Source: Gaiellales bacterium
GTDB lineage: Bacteria > Actinomycetota > Thermoleophilia > Gaiellales > JAICJC01
NCBI GenBank assembly: GCA_036273335.1
Contig: DASUHT010000018.1
Location: forward strand, 586 to 64,585
Length of the DNA stretch: 64,000 nucleotides
Reading direction: 5' to 3'
Shown: positions 44,339-51,993 of the stretch, one piece after another
Numbering within the stretch: the stretch's first letter is position 1
Layout: every line of letters starts with the position of its first letter
Made by a program: the position numbers and the translations under genes
Notes under the pieces: model-generated
What the model was told of the DNA's origin: nothing
What the model saw: only the letters and a program-made list of their open reading frames with translations
The model's database searches: none

Positions 44339-46203
44339 GCGTTGGGGCCGCTTCCGACAGGCAGCAGCTTGAGCGGACGCTGGATGCGGCCGTCGAGCGG
44401 CTGCTCGAGCTGCAGACACCGGGAGGCTGGTGGAAGGGCGAGCTGGAGACCAACGTCACCATCGACGCCGAGGACCTGTTCCTGCGCAGCTTCCTGGGCG
44501 TGCTCGAGCGGCCGCAACCAGAGGCCAGCGCACGCTGGATCCGCCACCGCCAGCGCGGCGACGGCAGCTGGGCGAACTTCCACGCCGGCCCGGCCGACCT
44601 CTCCACCACCACCGAGGCGTACGCCGCCCTGCGCCTGTCCGGCGACGACCCCGGGCTGCCGCACATGCAGGCGGCGCGGGCGGTCATCCACGAGCTCGGC
44701 GGCCTCGAGCGGGCCCGGGTGTTCACCAAGATCTGGTTCTCGCTGCTCGGGCTCTGGGACTGGCGGCACGTCCCCGTGCTGCCCCCGGAGATGATCTTCC
44801 TGCCGCCCTGGGCACCGCTCAACATCTACGACTTCGCCTGCTGGGCGCGCCAGACGATCGTGCCCCTGTGCATCCTCTCGGCATGCCGGCCGGTACGCCC
44901 GATCGGGTTCGCGGTGCCCGAGCTGCGGGCCGGCGGCCCGCCGATGCCGCCGCCGGCGGATGGCTGGGAGCGGGCGTTCAGCGCGCTCGACGGCGCGCTC
45001 GCCGGCTACCAGCGTCGGCCGCACCGCGGCCTTCGCCGGCGGGCGATCGCCCGCGCCGTCCGCTGGATCGTTGATCGCCAGGAGGCGGACGGGTCGTGGG
45101 GCGGGATCCAGCCGCCGTGGGTGTACTCGCTGATGGCGCTCCACGTCTGCGGTTTCGGGCTCGACGACCCGGTGATGCGCAAGGGCCTGAACGGTCTGGA
45201 CGGCTTCACGGTCGAGGAGGACGGCTACCGCCGTCTGGAGGCCTGCCAGTCGCCGGTCTGGGACTCGGGGCTGGCAGCTCTGGCGCTGCTCGACGCCGGC
45301 CTGCCGGCGAGCCATCCGGCGCTCGAGTCGGTGCGCGACTGGCTGGTCGGCGAGGAGGTCGGCATCGCCGGTGACTGGGCGGTACGCCGGCCGGCGCTGC
45401 GGCCATCCGGGTGGGCCTTCGAGTTCGCCAACGACCACTACCCGGACATCGACGACTCGGCGGTGGTGGCGCTGGCGCTGCACCGACTGGCGCCCGAGGG
45501 GAGCGGCCGCACGCGTGCGGCCGTCCGCCGCGGCGCCGCCTGGATCTCCGGGATGCAGTCCTCCAACGGCGGCTGGGGCGCCTTCGACGCCGAGAACACA
45601 CGGACGCTCTGCCGGCGGCCGCCGTTCTGCGACTTCGGCGAGGTAATCGACCCGCCGAGCGTGGACGTGACCGCGCACGTGGTCGAGCTGCTGGCCGCCA
45701 CCGGCGCCGGCGGCGGGGCGATGGCCCGGGGCGTTCGTCATCTGCTGGCGAATCAGGAGCCGGAGGGCGCCTGGTTCGGCCGCTGGGGCGCCAACCTGGT
45801 CTACGGGACCGGCGCCGCCGTGCCGGCGCTGCGGGCGGCCGGCGTGGCTGCCGACCACCCGGCCATCGGGCATGCCGTGCGCTTCCTGGAGCAGACCCAG
45901 AACGCCGACGGCGGATGGGGCGAAGACCTGCGCTCCTACCGCGATCCCGCCTGGCGGGCGCGTGGTGAGTCGACCGCCTCGCAGACCGCCTGGGCGCTGC
46001 TGGCGCTGGAGTCGGCGGGGGTGGCTGGCGACGCGGTCGACCGCGGTGCGCGTTGGCTCGCCGAGCACCAGCGCAGCGACGGCTCCTGGGACGAGCCGTA
46101 CTACACGGGGACCGGCTTTCCCGGCTACTTCTACATCAACTACCACCTGTACCGGCTCGTCTTCCCGGTGATGGCGCTGGGCCGCCTGCGAGGTGCACGA
46201 TGA
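44335..46203 (+). CDS. shc: Squalene-hopene cyclase
   Basis: DxDD catalytic motif (YPDIDDSAVVA). Multiple QW-type repeats (e.g. RQEADGSWGG, QSSNGGWGAF, QNADGGWGE, QRSDGSWDE). 622 aa. Confidence 0.93.
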   Translation: MSVGAASDRQQLERTLDAAVERLLELQTPGGWWKGELETNVTIDAEDLFLRSFLGVLERPQPEASARWIRHRQRGDGSWANFHAGPADLSTTTEAYAALRLSGDDPGLPHMQAARAVIHELGGLERARVFTKIWFSLLGLWDWRHVPVLPPEMIFLPPWAPLNIYDFACWARQTIVPLCILSACRPVRPIGFAVPELRAGGPPMPPPADGWERAFSALDGALAGYQRRPHRGLRRRAIARAVRWIVDRQEADGSWGGIQPPWVYSLMALHVCGFGLDDPVMRKGLNGLDGFTVEEDGYRRLEACQSPVWDSGLAALALLDAGLPASHPALESVRDWLVGEEVGIAGDWAVRRPALRPSGWAFEFANDHYPDIDDSAVVALALHRLAPEGSGRTRAAVRRGAAWISGMQSSNGGWGAFDAENTRTLCRRPPFCDFGEVIDPPSVDVTAHVVELLAATGAGGGAMARGVRHLLANQEPEGAWFGRWGANLVYGTGAAVPALRAAGVAADHPAIGHAVRFLEQTQNADGGWGEDLRSYRDPAWRARGESTASQTAWALLALESAGVAGDAVDRGARWLAEHQRSDGSWDEPYYTGTGFPGYFYINYHLYRLVFPVMALGRLRGAR

Positions 46204-47693
46204 GCGGCCTGCTCGTCGCTGCTCCCCTGCGGATCGAGGAGCTGGCGCTGCGCAGCGGCGGCCTCGACGCCGAGCTCGTGCACACCGGCATGGGGCCGCG
46301 GCGATCGCTCGTCGCCGGCCAGGGGCTGGCCTGCCGGCCGTCGCCGGCCGGCTTTGCGGTGGCAGGGCTGTGCGCGGCCGTTTCGCCGCGGCTGCGCCCC
46401 GGCGACGTCGTCCTGGCGAGCCGACTGGAGACGGCGACGCGGGGGATCGACCTGCCGTCCTCGGTGCTCCTCGAGGAGGAGCTGGAGCGGCGCGGCCTGC
46501 GCGTGCATCGGGGCCCGGTCCGTTGCCTCGACCATGTCGCCTCGGCGGAGGAGCGGGCAGGCCTGGCCGGCAGCGGCGCCATCGCCGTCGACATGGAGTC
46601 GGCCTGGCTCTTGGAGTGGTGCGACGACCTGCCGCGGGCGGTTCTGCGGGTGGTCGTCGAGCCGGCAGGACGTGGGCTGCGCTCGCCGCACGTCGCGGCC
46701 GACGGCGTTCGCGGGCTGCGCAGCCTGCGCGCTGCAGCCGGCGCTCTGGACGCGTGGGGCCGGGCGCTTGCCGGGCGTTCGGTGCTGCGGGCCGGCCCGC
46801 GGTCGTTCTGCGCCGGGGTCGACCGGGCGATCGAGATCGTCGAGCGCGCACTGGAGCGGCGGGGGCCGCCGGTCTTTGTCCGCAAGCAGATCGTCCACAA
46901 CGCGCATGTCGTCGCCGACCTGGAGGAGCGCGGAGCGGTCTTCGTCGACGAGATCGGCGACGTCCCCCGCGGGGCGACAGTCGTCTTCTCTGCCCACGGT
47001 GTAGCGCCCGCGGTGCGGTCCGCCGCAGCGAAGCGCGACCTGGACGTGATCGACGCGACCTGCCCGCTGGTGGCCAAGGTGCACGCCGAGGCGCGCCGGT
47101 TCGTCGAGCGGGGCGACTCGGTCGTCCTGATCGGGCACGAGGGGCACGAGGAGGTGGAGGGGACGATTGGCGAGGCGCCAGGCGCCATCCACCTGGTCGA
47201 GCGGCCCGAGCACGTCGCCCGCCTCGACCTTGGCCCCGGGCGGGTCAGCTACCTGACCCAGACGACGCTCGCCGTCGACGAGACCGACGAGGTGGTGTCG
47301 GCGCTGCGTGACCGCTTCAGCGACGTCGCCGGGCCGCCCAGCGACGACATCTGCTACGCCACCCATAACCGTCAGCAGGCGCTGCGAAACGTCGCCCGCC
47401 GGGCCGACCTGGTGCTCGTCGTCGGGTCCGAGACATCGTCCAACTCCAAGCGGCTGGTCGAGGTGGCCGGCCGGGAGCAGACGCCGGCCCGTCTGATCGA
47501 CGATGAGCGGCAGATCCGGCTGGAGTGGCTGGAGGGCGTCCGGACGGTCGGGCTGACCGCCGGCGCGTCCGCGCCCGAGCAGCTGGTCAGCCGGGTCGTC
47601 GATGCCCTCGGCGAGCTCGGTGCGGTGACGGCCGAGGATGTCGTGGTCACCCGCGAGACGACCAGTTTCAGGCTACCCAGGGAGGTGCGCTAG
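46200..47693 (+). CDS. Fusion protein: N-terminal HpnG-like nucleosidase (PNP/UDP family) + C-terminal complete IspH/LytB (HMBPP reductase)
   Basis: A single uninterrupted 497-codon frame. The N-terminal part has ...GSGAIAVDMESAWL... The C-terminal part starts at the canonical IspH N-terminus VLRAGPRSFCAGVDRAIEIV (in-frame GTG 46782). That part carries Cys motifs DATCPLV and DDICYATHNRQ plus SAHGV, GHEGHEEVEG and SSNS. Confidence 0.8.
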   Translation: MSGLLVAAPLRIEELALRSGGLDAELVHTGMGPRRSLVAGQGLACRPSPAGFAVAGLCAAVSPRLRPGDVVLASRLETATRGIDLPSSVLLEEELERRGLRVHRGPVRCLDHVASAEERAGLAGSGAIAVDMESAWLLEWCDDLPRAVLRVVVEPAGRGLRSPHVAADGVRGLRSLRAAAGALDAWGRALAGRSVLRAGPRSFCAGVDRAIEIVERALERRGPPVFVRKQIVHNAHVVADLEERGAVFVDEIGDVPRGATVVFSAHGVAPAVRSAAAKRDLDVIDATCPLVAKVHAEARRFVERGDSVVLIGHEGHEEVEGTIGEAPGAIHLVERPEHVARLDLGPGRVSYLTQTTLAVDETDEVVSALRDRFSDVAGPPSDDICYATHNRQQALRNVARRADLVLVVGSETSSNSKRLVEVAGREQTPARLIDDERQIRLEWLEGVRTVGLTAGASAPEQLVSRVVDALGELGAVTAEDVVVTRETTSFRLPREVR

Positions 47694-47696
47694 GAC

Positions 47697-48704
47697 GTGG
47701 GGATTCCATTCCGGCAGAGTGTGAAGATCGCGAGCTACCTGTTCCGGCAGCGAATTGCGGGGCGGGAGAAGTTCCCCTTGCTGGTGGAGCTGGAGCCGCT
47801 CTTCCAGTGCAACCTGGCCTGCTCCTTCTGCGGGAAGATCCAGCACCCGGAGCACATCCTCAAGCAGCGGATGGCGGTCGAGCAGGCGCTCGCCGCGATC
47901 GAGGAATGCGGCGCCCCGATGGTGTCGATCGCCGGCGGCGAGCCGCTCGTCCACCCGGAGGTGCACACGATCGCCGCCGAGCTGATCAGGCGGCGCAAAT
48001 TCGTCTTCCTGTGCACCAACGCGATCCTGATGAGGAAGAAGCTCGAGAACTTCACGCCGTCGCCCTACTTCACGTGGGTCGTCCACCTGGACGGGATGCG
48101 CGAGCGGCACGACCGCTTCGTCGAGCGGGACGGCATCTTCGACAAGGCAGTGGACGCAATCCGCGAGGCCAAGAACCAGGGCTTCCGGGTGTCCACGAAC
48201 ACGACCTTCCTGACCACCGACACACCCGAGACGGTGCGCCAGGTGCTCGACTTCCTGAACGACGAGCTGGAGGTCGACTCGATGCAGATCTCGCCCGCCT
48301 ACGCCTACGAGAAGGCACCCGACCGCGACCACTTCCCGGGCGTGACGCAGACTCGGAACCTGTTCTCGGAGGCGTTTGCGGACGGCCGGCGCAAGCGCTG
48401 GCGTCTGAACCACACGCCGCTCTTCCTCGACTTCCTCGAGGGCAAGGTCGACTTCCAGTGCACGCCCTGGGGCATCCCCAGCTACTCGATCTTCGGCTGG
48501 CAGCGGCCGTGCTACCTGATGAGCGATGGGTACGCGAGCACGTACAAGGAGCTGATCGAGACGACTGACTGGGAGCGCTACGGGCGGGGCAAGGACCCCC
48601 GCTGCGCCAACTGCATGGCCCACTGCGGCTACGAGCCGACGGCGGTGCTCGCCACGACGAGCTCGATTCGCGAGTCGGCGCGGGCGATGATCTCCCGGAC
48701 CTAG
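47697..48704 (+). CDS. hpnH: Adenosyl-hopene transferase HpnH (radical SAM)
   Basis: MGIPFRQSVKIASYLFRQRIAGREKFPLLVELEPLFQCNLACSFCGKI contains the CxxxCxxC motif and the HpnH-type N-terminus. Confidence 0.9.
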   Translation: MGIPFRQSVKIASYLFRQRIAGREKFPLLVELEPLFQCNLACSFCGKIQHPEHILKQRMAVEQALAAIEECGAPMVSIAGGEPLVHPEVHTIAAELIRRRKFVFLCTNAILMRKKLENFTPSPYFTWVVHLDGMRERHDRFVERDGIFDKAVDAIREAKNQGFRVSTNTTFLTTDTPETVRQVLDFLNDELEVDSMQISPAYAYEKAPDRDHFPGVTQTRNLFSEAFADGRRKRWRLNHTPLFLDFLEGKVDFQCTPWGIPSYSIFGWQRPCYLMSDGYASTYKELIETTDWERYGRGKDPRCANCMAHCGYEPTAVLATTSSIRESARAMISRT

Positions 48705-48720
48705 AAGATGGGCCCCCGGC

Positions 48721-49461
48721 TTACCCGAAGCGGTCGGCCAGCGGCCGGTAGAGCTCGGGAGCGGCGCCGCGGACGCGCATCGCAACCCCCAGCCACGCCG
48801 GGACCACCACCTCGGCCCGCCGCTCGAGGATCGCGTCGCGCACCGCGACGGCCACCCGGCCCGCGTTCACCGGGTGCGGAAAGCTGCGCTCGTAGGGCGT
48901 TCCCCGGCGCTCGAAGAAGGGCGTGTCGACCGGGCCCGGCACGATCAGCGAGAAGTCGATGGGGCCGCTCGCGTGTTCCTGGCGCAGAGCCTCGGTGAAG
49001 CCGGCCAGGCCGGCCTTGCAAGCGGCGTAGACCGCCTCGCCGCGGCCGCCGGCGTGGCCGGCGATCGAACCGACGTTGACGACGTGGCCGCGCCCCCGCT
49101 CGGCCATGCCGGGGAGCACCTCCCGGGTCAGCAGCATGGCCGCCGTCAGGTCGAGCGCCACCAGCTCCGAGATCCGCTCCTGCGGCATCTCGGCGAACGG
49201 CCCAGACCAGCCGACACCGGCGTTGTTCACCAGGACATCCAGCGGGCCCGCCTCGGCGGCAAGCTGGGCTGCCGCATCAGGCTCGCGCAGATCTGCGGTG
49301 AGCGCCCGGCCGCCGGCCCGGGCGGCCACCGCCGCCGTCCGCTCCGCGTCCGTGCCGGCCACCACCACCGATGCGCCCGCGGATGAGAGCGCAAGCGCGG
49401 TCGCCGCGCCGATTCCGCTCGAGCCGCCGGTCACCAGGCAGGTGGATCCGCGAAGCTGCAC
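48721..49461 (-). CDS. SDR-family oxidoreductase
   Basis: VTGGSSGIGAATA is the TGxxxGxG motif, NNAG is present, and YAACK is the YxxxK motif. GTG 49461 gives the usual short N-terminus. Confidence 0.8.
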   Translation of the reverse strand: MQLRGSTCLVTGGSSGIGAATALALSSAGASVVVAGTDAERTAAVAARAGGRALTADLREPDAAAQLAAEAGPLDVLVNNAGVGWSGPFAEMPQERISELVALDLTAAMLLTREVLPGMAERGRGHVVNVGSIAGHAGGRGEAVYAACKAGLAGFTEALRQEHASGPIDFSLIVPGPVDTPFFERRGTPYERSFPHPVNAGRVAVAVRDAILERRAEVVVPAWLGVAMRVRGAAPELYRPLADRFG

Positions 49462-49463
49462 AC

Positions 49464-50435
49464 ATGTCTTGTACCCGTTCCCGCTGCTTGCTGCAGAGTC
49501 TGCTCCATCCGGCGGCGCCGGACGGCCGGCCGCGGCCGGACGCACCCTTCGGGCGCGGGCCGCTGGCCGCCCGCGCGCTGGGCCGGGTGATCGTGCTCGC
49601 GGCCGAGCTGGGCGCTTGCCTGCCGGCCCGGGCCGCGCATCGGCTGGCCGTGGCCGGCGGGACGCTGGAGTGGGCGGCCCGGCCGGGCAAGCGGCGGACG
49701 CTCGCCGTGAACCTCGGTCATGCCCGGGCCGCGCCGCCCGACGATGCCGGCGTCCGGCGGCTGGTGCGGCGCGAGATCGTAAACGAGGCCCGGCGCTCCG
49801 CCGACCTGCTGTGGTCGGTCGGTCGCCCGGACGAGATGCTGGCTAACGTCCGCATCGAGGGCGCCGGCCCGGTCCTGGCCGAGCTCGCCGCCGGCCGTGG
49901 CGTGATTCTCGCCGGCCCCCATATCGGCGGCTGGGAGGTGGCGGTGCCGGTACCGGCGGCGGTGCTCGACGTGCCGGTGTCGGTGCTCGCCAACGACGAC
50001 TGGCTCGCATGGGCGGTCGACGGCATCCGCCGGCGGGCGGGCCTGCAGGTCGTCTACCTGACCGACGATCCGCGGCTGATGGTCGCCCGCCTGCGGGACG
50101 GCGAGGCGCTCCTGATGTTCGCCGACATCGTCCCCGACGCCCGCACCCGCACGATGCCGGTGCGGTTCCTGGACGGGACGGTCGCGCTGCCCGCCGGCCC
50201 GGCGGCGCTCTCGAGGATGTCGGGCGCAGTCATCGTCCCGTTGGCCGTGCTGCCGGTGGACGCCCGGGCCTGGGTCGTCCACCTGGCACCGCCGATCCCG
50301 GCGCCGCCCCGGCGGTCCGGGGGCGAGGGCGAGCAGGCCGTTCTGCAGCAGCTTGCGGACGCCTGGAGCGCGGTGATCCAGGAACACGCCGAGCAATGGG
50401 CGGCGGTCTACCCGCTGGCCTGGACGCCTGCCTGA
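49464..50435 (+). CDS. LpxL/HtrB/PatA-family lipid acyltransferase; start uncertain
   Basis: The HX4[DE] motif is GPHIGGWE. Family-typical N-terminal NLGHA and C-terminal ...EQWAAVYPLW region. ATG 49464 lies only 2 nt from the divergent SDR start, so TTG 49488 or a later start is possible. Confidence 0.65.
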   Translation: MSCTRSRCLLQSLLHPAAPDGRPRPDAPFGRGPLAARALGRVIVLAAELGACLPARAAHRLAVAGGTLEWAARPGKRRTLAVNLGHARAAPPDDAGVRRLVRREIVNEARRSADLLWSVGRPDEMLANVRIEGAGPVLAELAAGRGVILAGPHIGGWEVAVPVPAAVLDVPVSVLANDDWLAWAVDGIRRRAGLQVVYLTDDPRLMVARLRDGEALLMFADIVPDARTRTMPVRFLDGTVALPAGPAALSRMSGAVIVPLAVLPVDARAWVVHLAPPIPAPPRRSGGEGEQAVLQQLADAWSAVIQEHAEQWAAVYPLAWTPA

Positions 50436-50495
50436 GCCGTCACCAGAACATCCTCCACCGGGTCCAACGATCCCCGTCCTGGACGCATACGCCGA

Positions 50496-51314
50496 TCAAC
50501 TACCGCGATCGCCAGGACGGCGAACGCGGCGGGCGCCGGACACCGTGAGCGCCGCGTGCCCGAGTGCCGCCCCCGCGATCACGTCCAGCACGAAGTGGTT
50601 GGCGGTCGGCAGCACCACACCGGCCACGGCCGGCGGGTAGACGGCCGCGGCCGCCCCGACGGTTCGCCCGCCGCTGCAGGCACGCAGCGACTCGGCGCTG
50701 ATCACGGCCCACGCCAGGTGGATGCTGGGCATGGCTGCGAGCGGGTTGTAGAGGCGGCCGACGAGGCCGCCGTCGAGATCGATCCCGGAGACCGCCTGCA
50801 TCGTGTCGACGCGGTCGTCGAGCCGCCGCGGCGGGGCAGTCGGGAAGGCGAGGAAGGGGGCCTGAGCCGCCAGCAGGGCACCGGCGACCGACCGTCGCAG
50901 CGGCCGGTAGGCGGGATCACCACGGCGGCGGAGCACGGCCAGAGCGCCGATCGTGATCGCGATGTTCGCTCCGACGTAGATCCCGTTCAGTGCGGCGACC
51001 AGGCGCCGGCGGGGCAGCAGCCGCCGCTGCAGAACGGGAGCCACGTCCAGACCCAGTCGCCGCTCCAGCGAGGCCACGCGGGTGGCGTTTCGGATCGCCC
51101 GCCGGCGGCCGCGGTCGGTCCAGACGGCGCGCCGAACGAGCAGTGCCACGCCGTAGACGCCGAGCCCGAGCGCGGCCTCACGGGCGGCTCCTGGCCGGGC
51201 CGCGGCAGCGGGCTCCGCGGCGTGCCGGCGGGTCAGCACCCGCTCGCACCCTGGGCGCGCCTCACCGGTCTCTCGGCCTTCTCGGGCGGCCCGGGCGCGT
51301 CCGGCGCGCGCCAT
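50496..51314 (-). CDS. PAP2_C / sphingomyelin-synthase-like phosphatidyl transferase-phosphatase family membrane protein
   Basis: NPLAAMPSIHLAWAV and TANHFVLDVIAG motifs. The start may instead be GTG 51239, which would avoid overlap with the upstream CDS. Confidence 0.7.
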   Translation of the reverse strand: MARAGRARAAREGRETGEARPGCERVLTRRHAAEPAAAARPGAAREAALGLGVYGVALLVRRAVWTDRGRRRAIRNATRVASLERRLGLDVAPVLQRRLLPRRRLVAALNGIYVGANIAITIGALAVLRRRGDPAYRPLRRSVAGALLAAQAPFLAFPTAPPRRLDDRVDTMQAVSGIDLDGGLVGRLYNPLAAMPSIHLAWAVISAESLRACSGGRTVGAAAAVYPPAVAGVVLPTANHFVLDVIAGAALGHAALTVSGARRVRRPGDRGS

Positions 51315-51591
51315 CGCCGCCGCTCTCCGCCGCTCGGCAGTACTCGTCGAACGCGGCGTGGTTGGCGAGGTACCGGGCGAGCTGCTCGAGCCCGGCCGTG
51401 GCGCTCACCCGCAGCCGCGCCTCCTCGCGCAGTGGCAGGCAGCCGGGCGGCCGGCGATGGTGGAGGACGAGGCGCGGCAGGCTGCCAAGGGCGGCGCACA
51501 CCCACGCCGCCAAGGTTCGCAGCCAGCGCCTCGTGGCTCGCGCGGGAGCCTCGATCACCACCGCCGACCGCCCGTTCTTCGCCTGCTGCAC
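51262..51591 (-). CDS. Hypothetical 109-aa protein hidden in the 3' part of a 265-aa composite ORF
   Basis: From GTG 51591, about 91% GC3 (10 non-GC third positions in 109 codons, counted by eye) against about 76% for the codon-aligned antisense frame. The sequence is ...RSAVVIEAPARATRRWLRTLAAWVCAALGSLPRLVL...GLEQLARYLANHAAFDEY... No family recognised. Confidence 0.45.
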   Translation of the reverse strand: MQQAKNGRSAVVIEAPARATRRWLRTLAAWVCAALGSLPRLVLHHRRPPGCLPLREEARLRVSATAGLEQLARYLANHAAFDEYCRAAESGGDGARRTRPGRPRRPRDR

Positions 51592-51678
51592 ATACTTCGA
51601 GCGTGGATTACCCAGGCGCGTTGGGTGGGAATCGCGATCCTGCCGGCCTTCGGCGCGGGCTGTGCGACAATCGTCCCT

Positions 51679-51993
51679 GTGAGCTACGACCGGAGCAGGG
51701 AGCTGGGGGACTGCTGCGGCTTCTGCCTTGCCTGTGGCTGGGGCCGCCGCTTCATGGTGGGCAATGCCGCATCGGTGCCCGAGGTGTGCCCGGACTGCGG
51801 CGGCAAGGTGATCACGGCCTGCCCCGGCTGCGGTGAGCCGATCGCCTCGCTGATGGCGCTCACCTGCCGCCGCTGCGGTCAGGAGCTGCGTTCGCCCGTG
51901 CTCTTTGGCGGCGAGATTCGGCGCAAGCCGGAACGTCACCTGCGACTTGACGCGGCGGCCGGTGGTCGCGATAACGAGAGCACCGCCTCGTGA
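51679..51993 (+). CDS. Cysteine-rich zinc-ribbon protein (about 104 aa)
   Basis: Cys pairs: DCCGFCLAC, CPDC...CPGC, CRRC. GTG 51679 lies 7 nt after TGC-GACAAT, an extended -10-like element. GTG 51625 is an alternative start. Its stop overlaps the next start (GTGA). Confidence 0.55.
   Translation: MSYDRSRELGDCCGFCLACGWGRRFMVGNAASVPEVCPDCGGKVITACPGCGEPIASLMALTCRRCGQELRSPVLFGGEIRRKPERHLRLDAAAGGRDNESTAS

Noticed and set aside
44200-46851. 883-aa minus-strand ORF antisense to shc and hpnG::ispH
   Set aside because: It has off-frame, Arg/Pro-rich composition. The SHC and IspH motifs on the plus strand explain the region.
46782-47693. Annotating ispH as a separate gene from hpnG
   Set aside because: No stop codon exists in frame between 46200 and 47691, so any ribosome translating the HpnG part must continue into IspH. 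Independent initiation at GTG 46782 remains possible, but it cannot remove the fusion product.
51358-51678. Upstream part of the 211-aa plus-strand ORF as coding sequence of the zinc-ribbon protein
   Set aside because: This part is Arg/Pro/Gln-rich with lower GC3 than the codon-aligned minus-strand frame. The minus-strand 109-aa CDS explains the region better.
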